From contig CAKVFH010000001.1 in assembly GCA_934746515.1 (NCBI GenBank), positions 102,279 through 166,278 on the forward strand: a stretch of 64,000 nt of DNA, in the 5' to 3' direction. The translations under genes and the position numbers were made by a program. The notes under the pieces are model-generated. The model did not search any database and was not told where the DNA came from. It saw only the letters and a list, made by a program, of their open reading frames with translations. Positions within the stretch are counted from its first letter, which is position 1, and each line of letters begins with the position of its first letter. This document shows positions 1-9,111 of the stretch, piece after piece. Source of the stretch: an uncultured Clostridia bacterium (GTDB lineage Bacteria > Bacillota > Clostridia > Christensenellales > UBA1242).

Positions 1-3
1 CCC

Positions 4-92
4 AAAAAAGCGCATAATGAAAATATAAAAACCATTAAAATCTTCATAATTTAATTATATTTTAAAGATTTTAATTTAAAAATGCGCTTTTT
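4..92. repeat. Nested inverted repeat upstream of terL (outer arms 5-15/82-92, inner arms 34-44/65-75, central ATAAT-TTA-ATTAT)
   Basis: AAAAAGCGCAT at 5-15 is the exact reverse complement of ATGCGCTTTTT at 82-92. ATTAAAATCTT at 34-44 is the exact reverse complement of AAGATTTTAAT at 65-75. Confidence 0.75.
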
Positions 93-130
93 GTCTAAAA
101 ATAAATAATTATGAGATTTAAAAAAAATTT

Positions 131-1558
131 ATGAATAAAAAGAAACTTTTTGACCTTAAGCAAATTTACAAACAAATAAACAAGCGAAATATTTTACCGC
201 TAAAAAATTATAACACAGGAAAAATTGTTCATAAAAAGCAGCTTGAATTTCACAAGTCTTTAAAGAGAAATCGCTGGGTGTTTGGCGGAAACAGAACTGG
301 CAAAACCGAATGCGGTGCAATTGAAACAATTTGGCTTTCACTCGGAATTCATCCGTTCAGACCAAACAGAATGTCAACAGAATGTTGGGTTGTAAGCTTA
401 TCTCAAAGAGTTCAAAAAGAAGTTGCACAATCAAAAATTTTGAAATATCTTCCTAAAAATGTTATTCAAGAAATCATAATGACTTCTGGCAAAAAAGCTG
501 ATGCTGAAAACGGAATTATTGAATGTATTATTGTTTTAAATTCGTTTGGAAATACAAGCAAAATTTGGTTTAAATCTTGCGAAGAAGGTAGAGAAAAATT
601 TCAGGGAGCCAGTCTTGATTTTGTTTGGTTTGATGAAGAACCACCTGAAGATATTTACAATGAATGCAAAATGAGAGTGCTTGATAAATCAGGCGAGATC
701 TTCGGAACAATGACACCACTCAAGGGCTTAACTTTTATTTACAACCAAATATATTTAAACCAAAGCAATGATCCAGAAGTGTTTTATTTGTTTATGAGCT
801 GGGAAGATAACCCGTTTTTAAATAAAAAGGAAATTGAAAGGCTATCATCAACTATGTCAATTGATGAAATTGAAAGTCGAAAATTTGGGCGTTTTTCTGC
901 AAAAGATACTGGCTTGATTTACAGTGAATTTGATGTAAACATTCATGTGATTGAACCATTTGAAATCGACAAAGATTGGCAAGACAATTTATCTATTGAT
1001 CCAGGTCTTAGCAATCCGCTTTCATGCCATTGGTATGCTCGAGATTATGACGGCAACATTTATGTTATCGCAGAGCATTTTGCCGAAAACAAAACGATTG
1101 AATATCATGCACAAAAAATCACAGAAATTTCTAACAAACTAAACTGGAAGCGCGCCAACAATGGCATGATTGAATCTCTAATTGACAGCGCAGCAAATCA
1201 GAGAACACTCGCATCACAAAAAAGTGTAACTGATTTGTTTTATGATAATGGGATTATTGTCAATCCAAATGTCAACAAAGATGTTTTGTCTGGAATATCA
1301 AAAGTAAAAACCTATTTAAAAGATATTAGTGGCAAAACAAAACTATACATTTTCTCCTGTTGCACAAATTTGATTCAAGAGTTTAAAACTTATAGATGGA
1401 ATGGTCATGATGCACCAATAAAAAAAGATGACCACTGCCTAGACGAATTACGATACTATATTATGAGCTTGCAAACAGCTCCAAAATTTACAAACAATCA
1501 AAAAACAGAAATTCAAAAAGACAAGGAACGATTATTTAAACAGCTAATGAGACGATAA
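131..1558 (+). CDS. terL: Phage terminase large subunit
   Basis: 475 aa. Walker A-like GGNRTGKTE and Walker B-like LDFVWFDEEP, with a C-terminal nuclease-like half. It lies immediately upstream of portal, scaffold and capsid genes. Confidence 0.85.
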   Translation: MNKKKLFDLKQIYKQINKRNILPLKNYNTGKIVHKKQLEFHKSLKRNRWVFGGNRTGKTECGAIETIWLSLGIHPFRPNRMSTECWVVSLSQRVQKEVAQSKILKYLPKNVIQEIIMTSGKKADAENGIIECIIVLNSFGNTSKIWFKSCEEGREKFQGASLDFVWFDEEPPEDIYNECKMRVLDKSGEIFGTMTPLKGLTFIYNQIYLNQSNDPEVFYLFMSWEDNPFLNKKEIERLSSTMSIDEIESRKFGRFSAKDTGLIYSEFDVNIHVIEPFEIDKDWQDNLSIDPGLSNPLSCHWYARDYDGNIYVIAEHFAENKTIEYHAQKITEISNKLNWKRANNGMIESLIDSAANQRTLASQKSVTDLFYDNGIIVNPNVNKDVLSGISKVKTYLKDISGKTKLYIFSCCTNLIQEFKTYRWNGHDAPIKKDDHCLDELRYYIMSLQTAPKFTNNQKTEIQKDKERLFKQLMRR

Positions 1559-1995
1559 TGAACAGCAAAAAAATTTACGACGAGTTAATAAAAATTTTAT
1601 TAAAAAAGGCCAAAGGTTTTTACTACACCGAACAACAGGAAGATTATGAAAAAACGCAAAATAAATCAAATATTTCCGAAAAACAAAATAAAAACATATC
1701 TTTTTTCGATAATTGCGACATGGTTAGCACCGATATTGAAACCACTAATGTTACAATAAAATCATCAAATGAGAATAAGCAAAAAGAACAAACTAATCAA
1801 AATCTTGTTTTGGTTAAGAGAAAAATTACCACGCACTATATTCCGCCTGATATGCTCGCTGTTAAAATTCTGTTTGAAACTCTTAAGGAGAAGGTAAGTG
1901 AAAATGATTTAGATAATATGTCAGATGAAGAATTGTTAAATTTAAAAGATAAATTACTTGGAGAACTAATCAATGAAGATAGCAAAAATCAATAA
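1558..1995 (+). CDS. Hypothetical phage protein (possible small-terminase-like C-terminal motif)
   Basis: 145 aa, with its ATG overlapping the terL stop (TAATG). The segment VKRKITTHYIPPDMLAVKILFE resembles, from memory, the K-K-x-IPPD-x-A C-terminal motif of some small terminase subunits. The function call is weak. Confidence 0.4.
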   Translation: MNSKKIYDELIKILLKKAKGFYYTEQQEDYEKTQNKSNISEKQNKNISFFDNCDMVSTDIETTNVTIKSSNENKQKEQTNQNLVLVKRKITTHYIPPDMLAVKILFETLKEKVSENDLDNMSDEELLNLKDKLLGELINEDSKNQ

Positions 1996-2152
1996 AAACA
2001 TTAAGTGTGATAGCATACTTTGTTTTAATAATGCATCATACGAAATTTCAACCGATAGTTACAAAGGCAATCAGTACCTATGCGAAGACTGCTACAAAAA
2101 GTATCAAAAATTATTTAAGGAAGCAAAAAAATCAAATGAAAACGAACAATGA
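1973..2152 (+). CDS. Small Cys4 zinc-ribbon-like protein (59 aa, below the ORF-track cutoff)
   Basis: Hand translation gives MKIAKINKNIKCDSILCFNNASYEISTDSYKGNQYLCEDCYKKYQKLFKEAKKSNENEQ. It has a CxxxxC...CxxC pattern and GGAGA 8 nt upstream of the ATG. It overlaps the end of the previous ORF and the portal ATG. Confidence 0.4.
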   Translation: MKIAKINKNIKCDSILCFNNASYEISTDSYKGNQYLCEDCYKKYQKLFKEAKKSNENEQ

Positions 2153-3980
2153 AAAATATTTTTACGGCAAAGATGAAGACAAAGTTATTGTAGATTTTGT
2201 TACAAATGATTTTAAAGAAAAGCAACAAAACCGAAGAACTTATGAACTGATTTGGGAACTCAACATGAATTTTTATATTGGAAATCAATATAGCTATATC
2301 ACACCATCTGGTTTTATTTCAGACATTGAAAAGAATTATTCATGGGAAAACAGAGAAGTTTATAACCACATTGCTCCAATTATCGAAACTAGACTAGCGA
2401 AGCTTAACAAAATCAAACCAAACATAAGTATAAAGCCTAGCAGCAATACCGAAAGCGATAACTATAAAGCAAAACTTGCTAAAGCTATTTTAACTTCATG
2501 CTACAATGAAAACCATTTAGAAAATATCATTGCAACAGCAACACACTGGAGTGAAATTACCGGAACAAGTTTTTATAAAATTTCCTGGGACAGCGTTTCA
2601 AATAATGATAAAACCAATAATACCGGTGATGCAAAAATCTCGGTTTGCACACCTTTTGAAATTTATCCTGATTCAAACTTCACTGAAGACATTGAAGATT
2701 GCAAATCAATTATTGAAACACGCGCTTTCCCTGCCGATGAAGTCAACAGGGAATGGGGTGTAAACTTAACTGGTGAAGATATCAATTTATTTCAACTCAA
2801 CAACAGCTCATCACTTTCAAACATTTCAGGTCGAAGCAATTATACAAAAGTTATTCATTCAACAAACCATGATTATTTACTTCTAATTGAGCGTTATGAA
2901 AAACCTTCAAAAAGACATCCGAACGGAAAGCTTACAATTATTTGTAAGGACAAACTTTTGTATGATGGCGACATGCCATACATAAACGGAAGCAAAAACA
3001 CAAGAACATATCCTTTCATAAAACAAGTTTCAAACAAACAGCTTTCATGTTTCTGGGGAAGCAGCATAATTGAAAGATGCATTCCTATGCAAAAAGCCTA
3101 CAACTCTATTAAAAACAAGAAACATGAATTTTTAACAAGACTCGCAACTGGGGTTTTAACAGTTGAAGATGGTTCTGTTGATGTTGACAATCTTGAAAAT
3201 AACGGCATTGAACCTGGCAAAATTATCATTTATAGAAATGGTTCTACACCGCCAAAATTTCTCGATCCCGGAACAGTACCTGAAGAATTTGAGAGAGAAG
3301 AAGAAAAACTTCTCGCTGAAATCAATAATCTTTCATGCATAAGCGAAGTAACAACAAACGCAAGTGTTCCATCTGGCGTAAACAGCGGAACAGCTCTTTC
3401 TCTTTTAATGGAACAAGATGAATCAAGACTTTCAACCGTTGCTGAAGAAATTAGAACAAGCATCAAAAAAATCAGTTATCAAATTTTGAGATTATATAAA
3501 CAATTCTCAAACAACATTAGACTAAATAAACTCACCGATAATAACGGTGCACTTGAAATGTTTTACTGGACAAAAAATGATATCAGTAGTGATGATATTT
3601 TAATTGATGCAAACAATACTCTTGATGAAACAACTGCAAACAAAAAGGAGATTCTTTTAAAGCTGATAGAAAAAGGAATTTTTTCAGATAACAGTGGCAA
3701 CATTACAAATCAAACAAAAGAAAAAATTCTTTCAACTCTCGGTTTTGAAAATTGGTGTTCTTTCGATGAACTTGATGAACTGCACAAGAAAAGAGCAGAA
3801 AAAGAAAATTTGAAACTTATCAAACTTGAAGACCCACTTGATGTCGACGATGACAAAATTCATATTGAACAGCACACAAAATTTATTATTTCAGACAACA
3901 ATAATTCTGATCAAAAATTTATTTCAAACTTAATAAAACACATTCAAAAACACAAAGAAAAATTAAATAAGGATAGGTAA
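2136..3980 (+). CDS. Phage portal protein
   Basis: About 615 aa from the first ATG (MKTNNEKYFYGK). The listed ORF start at 2007 is a non-ATG extension. Size and position between terminase and scaffold/capsid fit a portal. Confidence 0.7.
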   Translation: MKTNNEKYFYGKDEDKVIVDFVTNDFKEKQQNRRTYELIWELNMNFYIGNQYSYITPSGFISDIEKNYSWENREVYNHIAPIIETRLAKLNKIKPNISIKPSSNTESDNYKAKLAKAILTSCYNENHLENIIATATHWSEITGTSFYKISWDSVSNNDKTNNTGDAKISVCTPFEIYPDSNFTEDIEDCKSIIETRAFPADEVNREWGVNLTGEDINLFQLNNSSSLSNISGRSNYTKVIHSTNHDYLLLIERYEKPSKRHPNGKLTIICKDKLLYDGDMPYINGSKNTRTYPFIKQVSNKQLSCFWGSSIIERCIPMQKAYNSIKNKKHEFLTRLATGVLTVEDGSVDVDNLENNGIEPGKIIIYRNGSTPPKFLDPGTVPEEFEREEEKLLAEINNLSCISEVTTNASVPSGVNSGTALSLLMEQDESRLSTVAEEIRTSIKKISYQILRLYKQFSNNIRLNKLTDNNGALEMFYWTKNDISSDDILIDANNTLDETTANKKEILLKLIEKGIFSDNSGNITNQTKEKILSTLGFENWCSFDELDELHKKRAEKENLKLIKLEDPLDVDDDKIHIEQHTKFIISDNNNSDQKFISNLIKHIQKHKEKLNKDR

Positions 3981-3984
3981 TAAA

Positions 3985-4563
3985 ATGGAAAATGAAACAA
4001 TGGAACAACTGGAAACTGAACCTGCAACACAACCAGAAAACAGTGAAAGCTCCATATATGGGAAGTTTAAAGATGCGCAAACTCTGCTTGACGCATACAA
4101 TTCTTTAGAAGCTGAATTCACTAGAAAAAGCCAAAAATTAGCAGAATTTCAAAAGAAATATGAAGAAAATGCGCTTTTTTCTAACAATGATTCACTTGAA
4201 AATATTTTAGGTGATTCCGCAGATTTGGAAAAATATAAAAAGGAAGTCGCGGAGATTATTGATAACGATAATGAATTATCTAATCTGCCAAATAAAAATC
4301 TAGTCGCACTTAAAATTATTAAAGAAGCTGAACGCAGAACCGCAGATAAGTTAAACAACTCTGAATATGTTGATAAATATATTGAGACAAACGACAAAGT
4401 AAAAGAAAAAATCATATCAAATTATTTATCATCATTAAACGAAACTCCTTCAGCACCAAAAGTTATTTCTGGCAACTCATCAAACATTTATTTTTCACCA
4501 AGTTTAAACATGCCAAAAACTTTAAAGGATGCTGGAGAGATTTTATCAAAAATGCTTAAATAG
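3985..4563 (+). CDS. Phage scaffolding protein (putative)
   Basis: 192 aa, acidic and predicted helical (E/K/L-rich). It sits directly between the portal and capsid genes. Confidence 0.55.
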   Translation: MENETMEQLETEPATQPENSESSIYGKFKDAQTLLDAYNSLEAEFTRKSQKLAEFQKKYEENALFSNNDSLENILGDSADLEKYKKEVAEIIDNDNELSNLPNKNLVALKIIKEAERRTADKLNNSEYVDKYIETNDKVKEKIISNYLSSLNETPSAPKVISGNSSNIYFSPSLNMPKTLKDAGEILSKMLK

Positions 4564-4571
4564 GAGAACTA

Positions 4572-5756
4572 ATGGTTACATTAACAACAGCAAATAATGC
4601 ACTCAAAGAAGTTTACTTGGGTGTTTTATCAAACCAACTTAACACATCAATCAATCCACTTTTATCGCGAATCAATCAAACAACATCAGATGTATGGGGA
4701 AAGGAAATTAGAAAGGTTGCTCCATACGGAATCAATGGCGGTATTGGTGCAGGAACTGAAACAGGCGACTTGCCAACATCAGCCGAAAACAATTATGAAC
4801 AATTTGTCCTTACACTTAAAAACCTTTACGGCAGACTTGAAATTTCTGATAAAGCAATTCGTGCATCAGAAAATTCAGCAGGAGCATTTGTAAACTTGCT
4901 CACCAGCGAAATGGAAGGGTTAGTAAAAGCTAGCGCATTCAACTTTGGAAGAATGCTTTATGGTGACGGCACAGGCAAACTTGCAACAATTTCAGATAAT
5001 GATACTAACTTCGTTACTGTTGATGGCACTAAAAATTTAATTGAAGGTATGGTTGTGGATATCATGTCTTCAACTGGAACGGTTGTAAAAAGTGGTTTAA
5101 GAATTAAAGCAATTGATCAAGCATCAAAGAAAGTTACATTCACAACAGCACCACTCACTAAAAATGCATTGAAAGATGCATCTAACATATTATGTGTTCA
5201 AGGATCATACAACAATGAAATCACAGGTCTTGGAGCAATCTTCAAAACAACTGGCTCACTTTATGGTTTGGAAAGATCAAACTACAACTGGCTCATTCCA
5301 TACATGAAAGACATCACAAGCTCATCACAAACACAAAGCATTACTGATATCATTATTCAAAATGCAATTGATGACATAGAAGAATCAGCAGACAGCAAAG
5401 TTGATTTCATTGTTTGTTCTTCAGGTGTAAAGAGAAACTATCAAAGCTATCTTGCATCTTATAGATCAAATGTAAATGTTCTTGAACTTGAAGGTGGCTT
5501 CAAAGCTATTTCTTATAATGGCATCCCACTTGTTTCAGATAGATTTGCACCAGCAAACACAATGTATTTGCTCAACACCAGCGAATTCAATTTGCATCAA
5601 CTTTGCGATTGGAAATGGCTTGAAAGTGAAGATGGAAAAGTAATTCGTCAAACACTTGGCAAACCAACATATCAAGCAACACTTGTAAAATATGCAGACA
5701 TCATTTGCAACAAACCACGCGGCCAAGCAAAAATTACAGGTATCACAGAATCATAA
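4572..5756 (+). CDS. Phage major capsid protein
   Basis: 394 aa in the canonical position after the scaffold gene, followed by a terminator-like hairpin. The sequence style is that of HK97/P22-type coat proteins; this is recognition by eye only. Confidence 0.7.
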   Translation: MVTLTTANNALKEVYLGVLSNQLNTSINPLLSRINQTTSDVWGKEIRKVAPYGINGGIGAGTETGDLPTSAENNYEQFVLTLKNLYGRLEISDKAIRASENSAGAFVNLLTSEMEGLVKASAFNFGRMLYGDGTGKLATISDNDTNFVTVDGTKNLIEGMVVDIMSSTGTVVKSGLRIKAIDQASKKVTFTTAPLTKNALKDASNILCVQGSYNNEITGLGAIFKTTGSLYGLERSNYNWLIPYMKDITSSSQTQSITDIIIQNAIDDIEESADSKVDFIVCSSGVKRNYQSYLASYRSNVNVLELEGGFKAISYNGIPLVSDRFAPANTMYLLNTSEFNLHQLCDWKWLESEDGKVIRQTLGKPTYQATLVKYADIICNKPRGQAKITGITES

Positions 5757-5761
5757 ATAAG

Positions 5762-5788
5762 TCCACACATTTTGTGTGGATTTATTTT
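5762..5788 (+). terminator. Hairpin plus T-run after the capsid gene (partial terminator/attenuator)
   Basis: TCCACAC (5762-5768) pairs with GTGTGGA (5774-5780), followed by TTTATTTT. Confidence 0.6.
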
Positions 5789-5799
5789 AAGGAGCGGTT

Positions 5800-6192
5800 A
5801 TGAAATTTAATAATTTGTTTTTTGAAAGCTATAAAGATCAATTTAACTATTACAATCTAATTCAAAAAATAAACCCTGGATATAGGTTATTTTTTAATAA
5901 AAAAGACAAAAAATTTATCATAGTTAATATTTTTAGAAATAATGAGATTTGTAAGATATTTAATTCATTTTACGGAAATATTTTACAAGATTTGCGTTTT
6001 TCCAAAATTGAAAATTTTAATAACATTTTAAAAAATATTGATTTGCACAATAAAAAACTAACACTAAAAAACAATCAAAAATGTCATGAATTAAACAATA
6101 ATCTTATCCATGAAACAGAAGTTTTACTTAACCGTTCAAATCATATTGAACACAATGACATAAATAAAATTATCGGAGCAACAAAATGTTAA
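5800..6192 (+). CDS. Hypothetical phage protein
   Basis: 130 aa with GGAG upstream. First gene of a translationally coupled block; no recognisable motif. Confidence 0.55.
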   Translation: MKFNNLFFESYKDQFNYYNLIQKINPGYRLFFNKKDKKFIIVNIFRNNEICKIFNSFYGNILQDLRFSKIENFNNILKNIDLHNKKLTLKNNQKCHELNNNLIHETEVLLNRSNHIEHNDINKIIGATKC

Positions 6193-6746
6193 AAGATATT
6201 TTATTAAAAACTGCGCAGCTTATTGATCGCGACGATATCATTGAAGAACTTGAAAATCCAAAAAATTCTTCACCAGCCATTCAAAACGATATCTATAGAC
6301 TCATAAGCTACTTTAATTATACAAACGAAATTTTGTGTGAAAACTACTTTAATATTTCAAACGAACAAACATTTCTTTCAGATAAAAATAGGACAATATA
6401 TTTTCAAAACTTTGAGTTTGAACCAACAAAAATTTTGAAGGTTTTAAAAAATGACAAACCTGTTTTCTTTTCAGAATATTCAAAATACTTAACAGTGCCT
6501 GAAGCTAAAACAAAGTATAAAATCATTTATAAATTTACACCAGAAAGGGTATTAAATCTTTTAGACAAAGTAACATTGCCACACGGTGTAAGCGAAAAGC
6601 TTATATGCTTCGGAATGGCAAGTGAATTTCTCGCAAGCAAAAATCAAATATCTCAAGCTGAATATTGGAACAATAAATTCATGTTGGAAATTTTTAAATC
6701 AAAAACATCTCAAGATAGAAGGTTGAAACAAACATTTACATTATGA
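6186..6746 (+). CDS. Hypothetical phage protein (possible head-tail connector/adaptor by position)
   Basis: 186 aa, overlapping the upstream gene (ATGTTAA). The function is suggested by position only. Confidence 0.5.
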   Translation: MLKDILLKTAQLIDRDDIIEELENPKNSSPAIQNDIYRLISYFNYTNEILCENYFNISNEQTFLSDKNRTIYFQNFEFEPTKILKVLKNDKPVFFSEYSKYLTVPEAKTKYKIIYKFTPERVLNLLDKVTLPHGVSEKLICFGMASEFLASKNQISQAEYWNNKFMLEIFKSKTSQDRRLKQTFTL

Positions 6747-8092
6747 AAAACAAAACACTTTTATTTAGAAATTTTAAATTTAATCCAACAGACAGTATTT
6801 CAGATGATGAGAATTTTGTTATCAGCAACATGTATAACATAACAACCGAAAATGGCGCAATTGAAAGTAAGGTGTTTCAAGAAGATGTTTTGTCTTGTCT
6901 ATTTGATGAGGCTCAAATTCAAACCATAAAATCAAACAATAGTGAAATAATTGATAAAATTATTCGCTATATACCTTACACTTATTTTGATGTAGGACAA
7001 GACACCTTTTCAAATAGATTATTTGTAATAACAAATGCAAACGCACTTTATGAATTAGCAACAGAAACAAATTTGTTTGAACTCAAATATTCATTTTCAA
7101 CTTTTCCAAAAATCTTCGAATATGAAAATGCAGTTTACCTTTTTGATTCAAACAACAAATGCATAGTTCTAGAAAATAATAGTGCAGTAAGTATTGAACA
7201 AATTCCAACCATAAATTCATTTATTTCAGATAATGAAAAAACATATTTTCTATTAAAAAGCAAACCTTTTTCATTTTTTACAAGCGAACTTATTGGCTTG
7301 AGAAATTTATCAATTTATCCAGAGCAATATTCATCAATAGATTCAACTATTCAAGATGGACAACTCTACAAAATAGTAAATATTAAGGATAAAATTTTTG
7401 CAATCTCTCAATACTCAATTTTAAGATTTGACGAAGAAAATAATAAATTCTTAAGACAAAATAAAATCGAACTGGAAATTTACAAAGACACTATAATTGC
7501 ACTTGATAACGCAGTTGTTTTTTACACATCAAACGGGTTATATTTGTTTGATGGAAGCGATATTGAACAACTCACAAGCAATTATCTAAATTTTGATAAA
7601 AACGCAAATTTAGTCTGTTTTAATCAAAAAATATACATTTTATCGCAAAATTATGAAAATTATATTTTCGAGTATAATTTCACAAATAAATATTTTACAC
7701 CAATATTTTTAGATAAAATAAATCTATTTTACATAGTAAAAACACAAGAAAAATATCTTCTTTGCGCAAGCACAATTTCAAACAACGAATACAAAAATAT
7801 TTCAATTTTTAATAGCTTAAATTGGAACAATGTTGAACAGAAAGTTATATCCAAAACAACAACATTTAGTTCAACAAATCTCAAGTATATCAAAAATATT
7901 TTTGTTAAAGCAACGGGGGAATGTAAGATTAAAATTACATCAAATTTATCAAGCACTGAATTAAAAATCAATAACTCGACAGCCATTTACAATGTCGGAA
8001 TTAGCGGAACAGTTTTTGATTTTGAAATTATTTCATTAACTAAATTTAAAATTGATTCAATATTACTAAATATTGAAGAAGCGAGCGAATAA
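6743..8092 (+). CDS. Hypothetical phage structural protein with repeated strand-turn-strand motifs
   Basis: 449 aa with an ATGA overlap. Recurring motifs AVYLFDSNN, KIFAISQYSILRF, AVVFYTSNGLYLFDG, KIYILSQNYENYIFEY and KYLLCAS are spaced about 35-50 aa apart. Confidence 0.6.
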   Translation: MKNKTLLFRNFKFNPTDSISDDENFVISNMYNITTENGAIESKVFQEDVLSCLFDEAQIQTIKSNNSEIIDKIIRYIPYTYFDVGQDTFSNRLFVITNANALYELATETNLFELKYSFSTFPKIFEYENAVYLFDSNNKCIVLENNSAVSIEQIPTINSFISDNEKTYFLLKSKPFSFFTSELIGLRNLSIYPEQYSSIDSTIQDGQLYKIVNIKDKIFAISQYSILRFDEENNKFLRQNKIELEIYKDTIIALDNAVVFYTSNGLYLFDGSDIEQLTSNYLNFDKNANLVCFNQKIYILSQNYENYIFEYNFTNKYFTPIFLDKINLFYIVKTQEKYLLCASTISNNEYKNISIFNSLNWNNVEQKVISKTTTFSSTNLKYIKNIFVKATGECKIKITSNLSSTELKINNSTAIYNVGISGTVFDFEIISLTKFKIDSILLNIEEASE

Positions 8093-9111
8093 TGTTTATT
8101 GAAGAGTCTATCATAAAACTTCAAAAAAAATGCTTGTCACTAGAAGAAAAAGTTAAAAAGTTAGAATCCAGAGCAAAAGATATGCTTGAAGAAGTTGGCT
8201 ATACGGTTTACACCAGAAACTTTTTAAATTTTCAGGTGTTAGCAAATAAATATATCAGAATCAGAACTATAACAAATACTTCAAGATTTCCAATACTTGT
8301 CCAAGTGAAAGTCAAATTTTATAACTTTTCTGAACAAGATATTTATTTTAAGCTTTTCACAGACAATATTCAAATTGGAAGCGATCAGCAAACCTACAAA
8401 TCTGGCATAAATGAAGTCATTTTATATGGAACTTATCAAAATTTAATTTCAGACAAAGTTGTGGTTGATATTTCCGTTAGCCCAAAATCTAATAAACAAG
8501 TTACAATTACAAACACCACAATGACTATTTGGGGAGATTCACAGACTTATCAAGAAGAATACGAAGCTGTTGAAACATCAACAAATTATTATTTAAGTTA
8601 CATATCAAATAACAGACTTTATGCTAAAAAATTTGATAAAACAAAAGCTGTTGAAGATTATGAATTTGAATTTGTTGAAGAAACTATTTCTCATTCTGTT
8701 TGTCAAAGTAATGATGTGATTTATTTATTTAGAGTTGACCCGAACGGAAATTTGTTTTTTAGAACTTTTGATAATAACAATGAAATATTTATCTCTAACA
8801 ATGTGAGCAAGGTTTCATGTTGCAGTTTTGGCAATTTGATAATTTACAATTATATTTCAAATGGTGATTGCCACTATGGCGAAATCAAAAATAGTGTCGT
8901 TATTTCTAACAAAATTTTAACAACTAAACTTGGTAAATTTTCAAATTGTTATCTATATTACAACAGCTACAACGATAGGGTTTATATGATTTTAACCAAG
9001 GAAGATGGAAGCAATTATCTCTTGGAAAACATAACCGAAAACTTCAGCTCAAGCGAAAACATTAGTTCAGAGATAAGTTTAACAATTGAAGTTCAAGAAG
9101 GTGAATCATGA
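8092..9111 (+). CDS. Hypothetical phage structural protein with repeated strand-turn-strand motifs
   Basis: 339 aa with a TAATG overlap and an N-terminal coiled-coil-like segment. Motifs include NRLYAKKF, VIYLFRVDPNGNLFFRTF, LIIYNYISNGDCHYGE and RVYMILTKEDGSNYLLE. Confidence 0.6.
   Translation: MFIEESIIKLQKKCLSLEEKVKKLESRAKDMLEEVGYTVYTRNFLNFQVLANKYIRIRTITNTSRFPILVQVKVKFYNFSEQDIYFKLFTDNIQIGSDQQTYKSGINEVILYGTYQNLISDKVVVDISVSPKSNKQVTITNTTMTIWGDSQTYQEEYEAVETSTNYYLSYISNNRLYAKKFDKTKAVEDYEFEFVEETISHSVCQSNDVIYLFRVDPNGNLFFRTFDNNNEIFISNNVSKVSCCSFGNLIIYNYISNGDCHYGEIKNSVVISNKILTTKLGKFSNCYLYYNSYNDRVYMILTKEDGSNYLLENITENFSSSENISSEISLTIEVQEGES

Noticed and set aside
2007-2135. N-terminal extension of the portal ORF (MIAYFVLIMHHTKFQ...).
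   Set aside because: It starts at a non-ATG codon without an SD. It is overlapped by a better-supported small ORF in another frame, and the first ATG (2136) gives a sensible portal N-terminus.
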